64,000 bases of DNA from contig CM060733.1 in assembly GCA_030704615.1 (NCBI GenBank), positions 15,748,001 through 15,812,000 of the forward strand, read 5' to 3'. This document shows, in pieces, positions 1-13,598 of the stretch. A model generated the notes under the pieces. It saw nothing but the letters and a program-made list of their open reading frames with translations. It was not told where the DNA came from and made no database searches. The position numbers and the translations under genes were made by a program. Origin of the DNA: Takakia lepidozioides (taxonomy: Eukaryota; Plantae; Bryophyta). Each line of letters opens with the position of its first letter. Positions within the stretch are counted from its first letter, which is position 1.

Positions 1-744
1 TCGAGGCGTTATATATTATATATATGTGTGTGTGTGTGTAGCTAAATTTTTAGTATGTGGCACTACCTGCATTCAATGTTGAATTTTTTGCTCAAAATTA
101 CATCTTCCTTTATGGTGCCGAATGGCTCTACACCAATTTTATACAGAATTGGAGTGAATGCTTATCTGAGCTGGTCACCACCCTCCTTCCAATTTTCAGT
201 ATTTTCTGAATGCTTCTCCTTTGCATGTCCTGACTAGGAAGGTAGGTCAATTGGGACTTCCAATTTCTGGGCAGCCCAAAATGTTCCTCAAAAAATGATG
301 AATTGAGTTGTTTTCTTTTGGAGAAGACTACGCTTATCCAACGAGTTGAATGCAAGCATGGGAGCCTTGATGTTGCCGGGGATGGCCATACCGGCAATGT
401 TTCGGCGGGGCGCATTGTCAAATCTCCAACCCCCATTGCTCCCCTCTCACCTGCGACGGTGTTGTAGAGTAAAGGATTAAAAATCAAAGGCAAGAAGTGG
501 ATGGTAGTGTGGTGGCTAGGCGATATGTGTTATGTATAGTTACAAGATCCTAGTATCAAATCGTGGCGGTCAAAGTACATTGAGTGATAGGTTGCACATG
601 CGATTAATTGTTTAAAATTTCATCTCCAACATAACTCAAGTCCAAGATCCTTGTTCCAAGTGTCCGCTCATCTGTCCCCTCCTTGTTCCCAGTCACGCTC
701 CCCTATCAATGTCTTGTGTCCCCGCTTCCCTCCTCATCCTATGG

Positions 745-935
745 AATGGCTTGCTCCCCTGTTCCCGCTCCCCGCTCCCCTCCTCGCCTTGTGGGATGGC
801 TTGCTCCCATGTCCTAGTCCCCGCTCTTTTCCTCGTCCTTTGGAATGTGGCTTGTTCCGCTGTTCCCGGTCCCGCTCATTTCCTCGCCCTTTGGAACGTG
901 GCTTGCTCCTCTGTTCCCAATCCCCGCTCCCCTGT
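745..935. repeat. Degenerate ~55-60 bp tandem repeat (TGGCTTGCTCCC...GTTCCC...TCCCGCTC unit)
   Basis: 'tggcttg(c/t)t' recurs four times at ~50-60 bp spacing and explains the repetitive ORFs 651..1076 and 709..1026. Confidence 0.75.
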
Positions 936-1618
936 CCCACTATGGGGAGCAGAGATCCGGCAGCAGGAACTGGGGAGCAGAATTGGAGAATGTTTGGGAA
1001 CATGGTCCCAAAGGTGGGGAGCATGAGGAGCGTACAGGAGGTGTGGAGTGCTCCCCATCTTCTGAATGGGGGATGAGATTTGACTTGTAGTCTCACTAAG
1101 CCTCCAGAGTTTTGGCGAGACCCCAGAACCTCACACACTTGCCTTAAACTCGTAACACCTTTTGCTATGTCGCTCTTTGTATTTTGACCATGTCTCCCAA
1201 GTGTGAATATCAGGGCATCCTGACAGTCAGCCCTTCCGCTAAAACCTTCCGGCTTGGAGTGCCTGTGGACCTCCACATGTGGGACCTTCGCGTAAAGCAT
1301 TGCCAAAAATATCTGTTTGTATTTACCGTGTCATTAAAAAGCAGAATTCGTAGGGGCGCATTCCACCTGGTGGAATGCACCCCATCGGCTCCCTCGAGTG
1401 CATTCCGAAAGATGTCAGCCTTACAAGACTCCCTATCTAAATTTGGCCAATTTAATACATCTCGCGTTGGACCCCTTGATCTCATTCCTTAATACACGTG
1501 GCCTTACTACATAAGCCCCACTCTAATTCATGGCCACGGTAATTCCTGGACCACTCTAGAATGAACAGGCCCGAATGAAACTGCTCTACATATTAGATTT
1601 GTTTTTGGCATTTCTTTA

Positions 1619-1737
1619 CACAGGTAATGCCCCTCCTGTGGGCATTCCCAGATTTTCGGGCCTTTCCCCTGGGGCTACCGCCCGAGGCGTCAGGCCCTTA
1701 AATCCGGGAATGCCCTCCACTGAGGGCATTACCCTAT
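1619..1737. mobile_element. Small fold-back MITE (~120 bp)
   Basis: The left arm ggtaatgccc..gggcattcccagattt..gggcct is the imperfect reverse complement of the right arm aggccc..aaatccgggaatgccc..gggcattacc. TA dinucleotides lie at both outer edges. Confidence 0.6.
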
Positions 1738-3639
1738 AGGTAAAGGAAGCGTAGTCCTAGCCCCCCTTTTTTTTTTTTTTTTCTAAGCAAAGGGGAGGTG
1801 TTTGTTTCACAATACAATCCAGGTTAATCTGCTGCATTGCAATTTTTCATAGGGTGACCATGCATATGCAGCCACGTGGACCCTCAATATCCTCGGAAGG
1901 ACTCAGAGCTCTAGAGTGACCCAGGAAGAGGGAGAGTGGAGTATGACCAGACAGGCAGATGGTTCTAGATGGCGGGTTGAGAGTCCGTAATAATTGAAAG
2001 GCGGCTGCTGTAAGTACTGGGGTGACGAGCCTGGGGTAATGAAGAGCTTGGCGCCGGATGAAGGGGTGATGAACATCCTGGGTTCCATCCGTGCATTCGA
2101 AGGGCCGCCCGCGTCTTCCACGGGTCCAGATCCAGACTGTGTTCGGTGCTTTGGCTGTCATTTTTGGGGTTAAAGCTTAAATGCAGGAGATGTTGCCCGA
2201 AACTGATGAAATCATTTTTGCATGCGAATGCTTCGATGCTTCAACGTCCTCTTTGGCTAAAATATTCACGCCAAATCCATATGCTTGTGATCATGTCATA
2301 GTTTCACCTTTACACAGGGCTATGGTCTCTATCTAGACTTCGATAATCGAGGAAGACAACCCATTTAATGGGATTGTCGAACAAGGAACATCCAACTCGC
2401 CAAGGGCCCCTTTGGAAAGTGTGTAAACTGATAAGATAGTTCTCATTCAACAACCAACCAGTTGAATGTACTATCCTGGTGAACAGATCTGGTGAATCGG
2501 TTCCGATTCATGAATGAGGGATACTACTACGGCTACATGCTAAGAACTATCATCTACTGGTTGATACCATGCAACTATGAACCCATTGACTCGAGAATTG
2601 CTATCCAAACCGAGTTGAACCAAACCACCAAACCAGATGCATTATGACGTGCCCACACTGGCACTTCTTCCCCAGTTTTCTTGTGTGATGATCAGGTGCT
2701 GCTTGTCAATGGTGCCCATTGCTTCAACAATCTGCTGCATTTGCTCCTGTCATGCATCATCTCTGAACTGTGTTGATGGTAACCCTTACACTCCCAAGTC
2801 CCATAATATACCTCGAATTTCCCACAGACCTGCAACTTTTGTGTGCCTTGCTGGTGGCAAATAAGATGCTATGTCCAAAAATAGGCCTTCAGAGCAAGGT
2901 TTAGGGGAAATAAATAAAAAGGACAGACAAGTGCATGGCCACAGGGACTAACAGGGACTGAGTAACTGAGAAGGGACAGGTTAGCGAAAAAAAAACAATG
3001 ACTGTACTCACCACCAGATCACAATATGTAGCTTTATTGAGTATATACAAAGAAGATGATGACATACTTGAGTTATTCTAGTCACACATTATTCTTAGAA
3101 GTTTTTCAATCCTATACATCGTCCACATTATTGAAGGGGACAATAGAAAGGCCTAAATAGCCACGAACGACGGAAAACAGGTAATCAGTAATCAAGTACA
3201 AGTTGGCCACACTCTTAACTGAACTAAGATATGGACAAGCTACACTGTCAATAATCAAACACTATTTGAACCTTCTTCAATCAGGCACATTCCCTCCTAC
3301 TGGCTTCCATTGCAGATCCAATGATACAGCAGATCACAAAGGTTTTAACCCCAAGTTAGATTCCCCTTCATAATATGCAGGAAGAATACTCCTCGGCAGG
3401 TCCTTCGCATGTCCATCTTACGGGTGAACCTGCATGCCATAGCCCTTGCCTGTTTTCCGAGGACTTCCATGACGAGTAATGCACCACAAACGGAATTGAA
3501 CCCATGCTGCAGGGAGCATGCAACCCAACGATTTGAATACATAGGCCACAGGGGAAGTATACATGGATAAGTAGCAACCTGGGAAAATGAGCCCTCCCAG
3601 ACTTGGTGGAGTGACAAAGAGCCCTTGTTAACAACACAC

Positions 3640-5856
3640 TCAATATAAAGCAGCCAAGACCTTCAATAGAGCAGCCACAAATTGAATCTGGCTCTTCTCG
3701 TCAATCACTGCAAACAAGGGCACGTGCACAAACAGGCTTCTGCATTTATGGGCTCCTGAGTGATGTAATGAATGGTAATAAATAAAGTTGCACACGAAGC
3801 GCCCGGCATCATATGACTCCATGACATCAAAACCCTCCTTCCCTAGTGCAGCAACAATGTCTCGCACAGGCAAGGTTGTCTGACACATCACCATCATACC
3901 CCAAAGGTTAGAACTGCATCCCAAAAATTGCATCAGTTGGGCACTGGAGTTCCACAATGCCTGTGAAGGAAAAGAATGATTATAAAATATATATACTCAA
4001 TTCTCATACAAGACAATGAAGGGGGCTCATCTACAGATGCTTCTTGCTTCTTCCTTCTAATGCCCAACAGAACTGCATTCAGAAAGATCTAAATCCATCA
4101 ATAGAGCTAATTCCTTGCCCATCACCAACTCAATCACCTATTGCATGGCCGACCACCAGAGAACTTTGTTGAAGTCAACCTGCTGTCAAAGGAAGCTTGA
4201 GGGGCTGACTGACCATCTACTTCAACTCACCAACTGCAAACTAGTACTCGTGATCAACACAGTGAATAATATGGAAGAAAAGGGTTACAAGCAAAGGCCT
4301 ACCTCGCGGATGTGAGAGAGAGGACCATCCTCAGCAACAATGGGAACTTGCTGTACACATTGCAGAGGGATGAGACAACACGGAGGGCATCACATTATCC
4401 ACAGCCTTGTGCAAAAGTGGCATTAGTACTGAGAATCCCGTACATAATGTGGCCTACCTGCTGCTAAGTACGCGCAGGGGGTGCTTCTAATATTCAAACT
4501 AGAATGTTTAAACTTTGCTATTGGGAATTCAAACAAACACCACATGTGGAATCAAAGCTACCAAGGCCGGTAACCATAACTACCCTGGATGTATGCCAGA
4601 CGCATGTCACAAGCCTAAAAATGCAAGGTGTCATCAAGCTTAAGAGAGAGAGCATATTAGATTTAAGATTGGAACTGGAGCACAGACCTGAGGCTGCCAG
4701 CCCATCTCATCAGGGCACCGAAACGTGGCCTCATTCACTGCACGGCGTTCCACAGCAAACTTACAGGCCCCACTATTCACACCAAGATGGACCTGAGCAT
4801 AGATTTCAGAATAGTCACACACAGTCTGGACTGTTTCCCTCAAGCACAGAGGCAGTCTGTTCCCCTCTGCACCTATACACTGTTGCCAACAAGGACAACT
4901 TGCCCAACTGCAAAGTAAGTCCGTGCCAAAATCCAGTGACAGCTTATGTCAACATCGGAAATTTGTGGAAACTTGGGAAGTACCAGCAGACAAAAAGATA
5001 TCTGTGAAACTTTTTGACTTCAATAAAACCAACTTCTCACCAGCTTCATGCGTGGTAGACAATCAACAAAAACTAGTAATCCAGCTACTACTTCCTAGTT
5101 CACCTGGCCACGATGGAGTGTTCTGTGGTTGATCTCAACACACCCAAATTCAAACCCAGCACCTTCACCTTGCACTCGTTATGCAGTTACGAATCCTGGA
5201 AATTGAAGGGCAGCTTCCTTCCAAGCGATGCCCTCTCTTACTCTACTATCTGTGGGCCCTAGCCCACAACAATATTTTGCGGTGCAACATGGCACACGCA
5301 ATAATTCGATGCAGAGTGATTTAATGTGAAAGGTTCCATTCAAGAGCTGCCTGATGCACGTTATGTCCTCTATGTTCGTTCGAAGTGTTTGTTAGATGTA
5401 AACTCTCTGTTCATCAACCAGCTCGCTCTTCCACCCTGAATCCGCATCACACATTTAACCCTAACAGCTGATGAGTGGAAGCAGGCACGCACACATGAAC
5501 TTGCACGCATCCTACATGAGTGAAAACGACTATACCCAGACAACTCGCTTGTCAGTCGTTGGCAAAGGACTTGCATGCAAAACTTCCAAAGCTGCATCTT
5601 TTACGGAGTGTCGCAGTATGCCTGAGTCTTCTGCAACGGCTGAGTCTAGAAGATCCAGAAAGGGGACGAGTGCCCCCTCTCCAGCGGTTTCCAGAACGGT
5701 GCAGCTCCCAAGAACAGCACCAATTGGAAGGCCATTCTTCTTCAGATACTCTGGCAAGCCTCTGACTATAACCTCTGTCGGATTTTCAGTGACTCCGTGG
5801 AACTTCTTGAACCCAGTGATATGGAATTCGACCAAAGCACGTGCCTCCGACCCCAT
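3640..5856 (-). CDS. Pyroglutamyl peptidase I / pyrrolidone-carboxylate peptidase (peptidase C15), 4 exons, ~237 aa
   Basis: Exons 5856-5536, 4792-4688, 4350-4303 and 3879-3640 are all GT-AG and phase-consistent. Motifs: ITGFKKFHGVTENPT, VHLGV, FAVERRAVNEATF (catalytic Glu), DAGRFVCN (Cys), FVHVP (His). Confidence 0.95.
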
Positions 5857-8800
5857 CTTGCCCAAAACAGCACACAAGCTCGTGCCCTAAATTCAACAGA
5901 TCCTCACAAAACCAACCCAGGTTCTCCCCTGCCACCAAAAGACTCACAAATCCACACGTGAATATGCAGCTGTGAATTGCCACATCGTCCAGGCAGAGAA
6001 AGAGCCTCACTCCGCTCTCAAAGTCACTTCGCCATCCGATCTACCACACGCTGACTTCACAACGAATTACCGAGATGCAGATGCTCTTACGGGAATCTGC
6101 AACTACAACATCCTTCAAACCATATTACGATAACTTCCACCGGACATCATGGACTCTCATAACAAAAAGCAAGAACTCAGTAAACAATCCGATCTATCAT
6201 CTCCCACAAAGAACCCTGCATTTAACAGCAGCTCACATTTCAGACTTGGGGGTCTGAGCCACGGGGATTTCGAAGGTCACAATTGGCCTACCTGTGAGCT
6301 CAGCGATTTCCCCCGTCCAGACTCAAGAGCATATTTGACGAATGATCCCTACCTTCCGTCCAACGAACGACAAAACGTTTACACCCCTTCATCTGATGGA
6401 TGTACGATTAATGGTCTTCGACTGGATGGAAGGGCATATTCGTTGCATACAACGGATCACACTACTGTGGTTAGGCGGCCGGTCAGACTCATCATGAAGT
6501 TCACATTATTACGTTCCACACGCTCACCAAACATTTGACCTACGGTCAATCTCATTTTAATATTATTCACTTTTTGGATGCATAAAGTAAGTGAACCTGA
6601 GCTCAATTTCTCAATAATGTAATGTATTATAGTATAATAATTATTTTTTCTATTAATATTTGTTCGATGGTTTCCAGAGAGTGGGGTGCAGTATGTGCCA
6701 CAGATGCGCGGCCAGAGGATAATCATCATCCACCCCCAATGAAAATCGCAGCCGTCTGCCTGTTGATGTTGAGTGGTTTTCATCCATCCAAATGGAGGGA
6801 GACGGGAAGTCACACGGAAAGCAGGTTGAAGCTGAAAAGGCGGTGGAGCGAATCTCTGAGCCTTTTAGGGATGTGACGGTATCGTGTAAGAAAAGCCTGT
6901 CAGAAGCCTGTAGAAGCCGGTGATGTCTGCAGAAGCAAGATCAATTTATGTTTCTTCAATCCTGTGTGTGGTGATTGGAAAACTGTTGCTCGATCGACGC
7001 TAGGTCGAACCAGAAGAGACTTACGTAAGGAGCAGATTACGATCAGGTTCCAACTTTTCAAATGAGATCGACGGGTTTTCTGCGCACTGCATTTCATTAC
7101 CATGATTCGTATGTGTTATTTAAATTTCCTACTGTACTCTTGGATGGCCCTAACATTTCGAGCTAACTTGATCAATTTTGGTTTCTTTCGCTTCGAGTTC
7201 TGTTAGTGTATACAGAAAGTTTCCATCTACGGTAATGGACTTGTGGACACAGACGTTTACTGATGTGAAGATCACATGTGTTCCAAGAATTTTCAGGTGC
7301 GTATCGACACCGTTTATCATTGTCTTGAAGTGTTGCAGTTGAAGTTATCCTTGAAGAGATTGATTGACTTCAACCATTTCAGTTGTGAAACAAGGAAAGC
7401 AGGTAGTACATTTCCATGGATGTCAAAGTTAATATAAAATGAGAAACATTACACCTTACAGCTTGGTCTTGAATCACGTCAACTTGACTCTGTCAACTAT
7501 TCTGTCTCATCAAGCATTCAGCATTCTAAACCGAGATTGATCATGAACGCGCATATAACACAATCCCACCAAACATGCCAGCTGTACCCAGAGAAAACTG
7601 TATATTGGACGTTGTGTATCATGTGTCCATAATACAAATACTATAACGTCTTCACGTACGCCGTTGCCCGTTGACAGTAATCTTGTTAGATTATTGTCCC
7701 TAAATTATCAAATCTACAGAGCCATAGTAGAAGCGATGGGAGGTGGATCAACCTCTGTCCTGGAAAGCGACTTACCACCGCTCAACACGAGCTCACTGGA
7801 AGAAACGTTTCGAAATTTGTTCTGTCCCGAAACGTCAGACTCTGTACCTGACGAAGGTGCCACCAAATGTCAGCCCTGTCAGTAGTTCCGTAATTTCTTC
7901 TGTGATTAGCTCTACTTTCGTTAAAATACTCCTTGAATGCTTGCCTAGAGAGTGAACATGTGGTTATTCTAAGCAACACTGCGATATTAGTCCTGAAGTG
8001 CTCAATGTATGCACGACTGGATAAACCTTAGGCAACCAGGAGGCGAAGGGCTTAAGTAGAGATTGATTTTGAGAAGGTTTTGTAGCCTAGGTTCTTGACA
8101 AATTGGTCTATAGAACAACTTGAAATCCAAAAATTGTCCAACGGAAACTTTCTAGAGTGAACATGATCTGGATTAGGCACCAAAATCAGGTGGTATCGAA
8201 CCAGCGAACAACATTCGAGCATTTATCGAAAGTGTCGAAGCTGGCAAGGATCTGATGGCGCAATTCCAAAATGCCGTGAGATGCTCCATGGAGGGATGCG
8301 GTAACATAGGTTCGTCTTACTGGGCCTCCGATACAACTAGAAAGAAAAATTCTCGTGTTTGAGCTGCAAGACATACAGTTCTTCTTTCCGTAGTTCGGAT
8401 GGACTTGTCAAAGTAAGAAAACATCTCCGAGGTGAGATACAGAGCTATGTGTACCTGAGGTATGAGCCTGGCTGTCTTCAGATTCACCCGAAGATGAGGA
8501 GTGGGAAGCTCAGGGTGTGGATACACTACCCGGTATCTCTGCTTTCACCGGAGTTCTCGCAAACTGCAGTTTTCAAAGTTTGGCTTGTCAGGATGGCTTA
8601 AATGAAACTTCCTTCCGTGAGAGGACTGCTCACGAGAACGTAATCTTTGAACAGGTATTCACAATGATCTACAGGAAAGGTTATGTGCGCCGGATATCGT
8701 AACTTAGCTCTTAAAAGCAGTTCGGCTACCATGGATAGCTCCGTCTTTCTGAAATAGCTCATCGCAGAGAAGGATATTTGAAATCAAGTGAGTTAACGGA

Positions 8801-9131
8801 CTCGGAGGGCATAACTTATTACATGTATATGTTAGTTGTTGGTACAGTCCACTCTCAGCATGGGACACCTTACCCTGGCAGACGTCAAATGTCTATTGCC
8901 AGTAGTATTCTCACTAGACGGCTCTGTTATCAGTAGGATTAATTAATAGACGGCTCACTTAGTAAGCTTAATCAAGCCGCCAGTAACAGTCATTAGCTGA
9001 CACTGACCCTCTATTTACTTCAACTCCCTCTGCAGTATACTTAGTACTTAAGTCGAGCTTTCCTCTTTGTTGTATAGTCGAAGGCATTGCTGTACTGTTT
9101 CTACATTAGTCTAGACAGTTGATATACCAAG

Positions 9132-10897
9132 ATGACGTTACAGGTACCTGAACCATTGTCGAAGGTAGCTGCAGATGTCCTACAACAAGCAGTCGAAAGG
9201 ATTGCGCTGCTGTCGAAGATCGACAAAACTGAGAGGAACACACCCAAGCTGTTGGGTCTAATATGTGACCTTCTACGAATGGTAGGCTCAGATGATGCCG
9301 TGCGTGTGCTGCAAACCTGCAGCTTTAGGTCTCCGTCCGATGTAGATTTCTTGCGTCGCTCAATCGAGAATCTCACCCAGGTATGCTGTGTTCTGCTCTT
9401 ATGATTAGTTGAGCGATGTGGCAGATGCTCCTTCTCTACCCATTCTCAGTAATATGAAGTCTTCCTAATTTGAGTCCACCTAATTTGGCCACCTTGAAGG
9501 TCGAGCGACAAGCACAAACTTGTAGATACATATATGTATTTACATTGCCAATCTTGAGAGGCGTAGACCTTGAACAGTACAATGCTTGCAAAATTATCTG
9601 CTTCGAACAGCCTGAACACTACTATAACTAGCACGGTCCTGGAAATCATTATACTGACAATTATGTTGCAAAATGAACAAATGTTGCCATTCAGGTCCTC
9701 CAGGCCCCTCTCGTCTGGCAGCTCAAGAAGGACGAGAAGCAGAAGCTCTTGGAGTTTTTGGCAGCGTTAGGTGCGGTGGGGGCCGTAGGCGCCCTAGCCT
9801 GGTTGGGAACCACATACGCATCATTGCTGTCAGCCCAGGCGGTAGTGCAGTCTTTGTGGACCTTGCTGGGTCGCAATGCTGCAGTGGCAGCATTGGAATC
9901 GGCTGCCCGCGAGTTTGGCATGGCTTGTACGTCCATGGCCATGGGTACTGCTGCAGCTACTGCTGGTATTAGTGGTTCCAAATTACGCATGAAATTTGTG
10001 ATGAACAAATACCCCTTGATTCTGCGAGTGATTCTCAACTTCTTGCTGTATACGGAACCAATAGTTGACGACTGTGATATTTTGGAGCTGGAGAAGCTGG
10101 TGGTGCAGAGATGGACCGTGGATTTTAAAAATCTCATCCACTGCAGTATCGAAGAGATCCTTGACTCCCCAGCCTTCTCTTTGCAGACCGCCTTTTATGA
10201 AGAGAAAACTTCGAAAGATATTTTGCTGAGGATGAGAATGCTGGAAAGAATTGCGGAGCTTAGAAGCATTCTAGACAGCACTTGCTTTGTGGCCGTGGTT
10301 GGTCCAGAAAGTGCAGGCAAGTCAACACTCACGGAGTCACTCATGTGGTCGTTAGGGAAGACGCAGGGAGTGGCAAACATTGGGATGCTTCAGCACACAG
10401 ACGAGGTAGGTGGGTACGAGCTTCATGACAAGCTGTGGATAATTGACTTCCCCGCCAGCAATGGACTGTCGAAAGAGATTGCCCAAGCATGGCAAGGGTT
10501 TTGTCATCTGCCAAGCTTTTGCGTCTTAGTGGTACGCTTTACTGGAGATATAGATGGCGACCTCGTGAACCTGTACAGAGAATGCAAGACACAATTTGCA
10601 GGTACCGACGTGGTCGTCTTACTGAATCAGGTCGACAATGTGCTGATGAAGGACAAACATAATGAGTTCACTGTAGAGGCTATGACGGACTGCAAACATA
10701 AATTCTGTAGAGTGCTGAACTGTGTCGAGGACAATCTGCTGTTCACGGTACTGACTTGGGGCAACCACAATGCATCGTGGAAAGTAAAAGGTGCTATGGG
10801 ACACCGAGAAGTCTGTAAATACATCGTGCAGAAGGCTGCAGCTACAGTCAATGACGATTCTGATCTTCAGCAAGTTGCAAGCAGCCTAAGTCAATAA
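9132..10897 (+). CDS. Uncharacterised protein with a hydrophobic Ala-rich segment and a C-terminal P-loop GTPase-like domain; at least 2 exons (9132-9380, 9695-10897), possibly more upstream (~7720-8654)
   Basis: The donor CAG|GTATGC at 9380 and acceptor CAG|GTC at 9695 join in frame to the 382-aa ORF. G1 is GPESAGKST, the G2 Thr is in QHTDEV, G3-like IIDFPA, G4-like LLNQVD. Confidence 0.75.
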
Positions 10898-11373
10898 AGA
10901 GCTCGGCCAATTGCGTGGTCGATCGACGCCAAGAACAAGATTCCTTCTTCGATACAAATCGTTTCCTGCATCAACGAAGATGTCAACCGAGTACAAACGG
11001 AAGACGAAATACTACCAAAGAGGGACAACTACGTGAACCACCAAACTGAAAGACTAGGACTGACTAGAGAACTTTGTCATGCACCTTTCATTATCTAACA
11101 TTATGAAACCGAACTTGCCAGCGTCCGATTTACATTGCTAGTGTACTTAGTGATGTGCTAGACTGCTCAATGCTAGATCGCTCCTCCACCGAACCGGAGT
11201 GTACCAGAAGGAAGTGCGCTAGAGACAATGGCTATCAATACATAACTTCGAAAATGCAGTAGGCACAACCGAGTCCTTTAATACCACCAGCATTTGCTCA
11301 TTCTTCCCTCACTTCTCATCTGAAGTCTTCTAATAATCTACTCTAGTAGAAGTGGGTCCCTATTTCACGCTCA

Positions 11374-11715
11374 ACCTGGGAGTGACATCTCACAACTTAA
11401 GCCCTTTGTTTCCGAATGGAGGGGGGCACCCTACCCAAGGCTACCCGTCGAAGGAGACGAAAGTCCCTTTATTAGAACTGACCAACAGTCCTGAACTCAG
11501 ATCTAACTGCATGTGGTCTTCAGGCCCCTTAATTATAGTGAGAGGAAAAATAACCTCTTTCAGAGTAATCTCGCCGTGAAGGCGTTCGCATGGGACACCG
11601 CCCAAGGGAAGGGGGAGAAGAACATACCACAGCCATCAAGGTAGCAGGATTTGACCCCAGACTCATCTGGGTGGCACTGAGTGCACTATCCAACTGAGCT
11701 ACCAGCTATTGGTTA
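11374..11715 (-). mobile_element. tRNA-derived SINE copy with ~115-bp internal insertion
   Basis: Its reverse complement matches 16993-17205 (A-box TAGCTCAGTTGG, B-box GGGGTCAAATCC, body, 3' end ...TCCCAGGT). 11407-11519 is absent from the other copy. Confidence 0.8.
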
Positions 11716-12801
11716 GTTTTCTACTATCAAAACCTTCAGAGCAAAGTGACTTGCCCCATATACATTTGTTTAATGGGCTCTGTGCCAGAATTGGATTCCA
11801 GCGTGAAGTCACTAGTATGTCATGCTGGTGCAAGTTTGGTTATCAGTTATCACAACCCTAGTAAGATACTCTTCATTCAAGCGGCGCCACTACAGCAGTG
11901 ACTATTAGATCAAGTGTAAGTGTGGGGCAGACAAGTAGAGCACTGTTTCCAATTTCGCTGGTGGTTGCCGTTTTCGTTTGTCACCGTGAGTTGTGGATTG
12001 ACTATCTAGTACTAATAATCCACTTCTCAGGTTTTTCTCAGTACCAACATCCACATCTGTTTTTTCTCTGTTGATGACAGCAAGTTTTGTTGAAGTGCTG
12101 AGAGATTGAATTTTCAATGCCCCAGGCCAACTTGTTGGGGGTGTGCGTCTGTTTCTCGCTTAAGACTCTGCAGGCCTACCGAGCTCTAAAACCCCACCCT
12201 TGATCCGTCCATAAATTTCATTCATTCGTTTCACTTGCCATTGACAGGAGGACTTAGGATGGCCAGGAGGAGGAGCGACAGCAGCTGATGTCATACACAG
12301 GATTACCATGTCAGATGTCACACACTTTAGGGTTGCATACATGTATTTGCATTAGTACTACGCACGCTCAGTAACTCCCACTCTGTCCTCCTGAAGTTCT
12401 TAGTACTAGGTCTGTGCAACACAGACATGATCGAAGTCCTCGTCGCTGGTTAGTCATAGTTTACTTACCTAGGGGTTCTAGGCTAATCGGTATTGGCAGT
12501 GACAAAAGCCAAGTTATGACTGGAAACCCAAATTACAGACACTAAAACATTGCATGAAACCCAATTCATCAGAAAATGCCAAGATGGATCTTTGCAGAAG
12601 CTGGCTGCAGCCAAAGGTTGGCCTATAGCTAACTAGGAGACTCTTGGGGCTTTAGCAAAAGTATGGGGTTACATGCTACATCTCAGTATGAGAGTCAGGC
12701 AGCTTTTAAATTGTGATATTCTTTGGTACATCTCGCCAAAAGATGAAAGGTAGAACCCATAGCCGGATGTGGTGAAATGCCTCAACTGTGGGCTAAAATT
12801 A

Positions 12802-13370
12802 CCGTCCCTGGACAACCATTTAGGTGATAATTAAATCAAAATGAAAGTGCCTAACACGTTTTGGGAATTTTTCAGATTTTGGCCTAATTGTTCGGAAACT
12901 ATGGGACCAAAGTGCCTGATGCCTAAAAATTCCAGCAAAATACTTTCAAGCCTCTTCTCATGTTGTTTGTAATAAGATGAAAATGTCATTGAACAAAAAT
13001 CAATACAAATATATGCGTGCGGAAATAACTTCCTACAAATCCCAGTCTATTTGCGAAAACCTAATGGAGTATGGACTCATGAGGCGGGGCCGGCTAGGTG
13101 CAAGCTCGGAGGAGATTTGAGCTGGGCCTGTTGGCATGGGACAAGGGGCCCATGGGCATTGGGTTTCTATTTTGTATTTTTATTCTTAAGAAAATAAATG
13201 TTTTCTCTTCTCTTTTTTTCCTTTTTTCTCTTCTCATGTGCCTAATTCAAAAAACTTATAGCATGAAGATGCCTAATGTGGGAAATGGTTTGAGAAACGT
13301 GCCTAAGCAGTCTGTTTGGTTATTAATAATTATTAGGCGCAAAAATGCCTAAACGGTTGTCCGCGGAGGG
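12802..13370. mobile_element. Tc1/mariner (Stowaway-like) MITE, TA target duplication
   Basis: TA|ccgtccctggacaaccatttagg ... cctaaacggttgtccgcggaggg|TA, an imperfect ~23-bp TIR. The left end is repeated at 28128-28207. Confidence 0.8.
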
Positions 13371-13598
13371 TATGCACAACGCATTACATTGCCTTCAAGA
13401 TTTTGCACGTCAGTTCCTTGCACTGTATTTGTACTGTCAAATGTACATATGTAGCCTGGTACTCTTGAGTGTCCGATCACAGACGTGGGAAGGTTGAAAG
13501 TACCTTGGTACTGCGATTTTGGGCGTGGTAGACTGCTCTTGGCCGTCAGGTTCCAGAAGAGTCCAGCTTTGATGTTGCAGACCTGGTCACAAGATTAA

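Noticed and set aside
651-1492. Cluster of overlapping ORFs
   Set aside because: Partly produced by a tandem repeat, with no recognisable domain. The minus-strand part may be a decayed fragment but cannot be supported.
11407-11519. Hammerhead ribozyme in the SINE insert
   Set aside because: No CUGANGA core on either strand.
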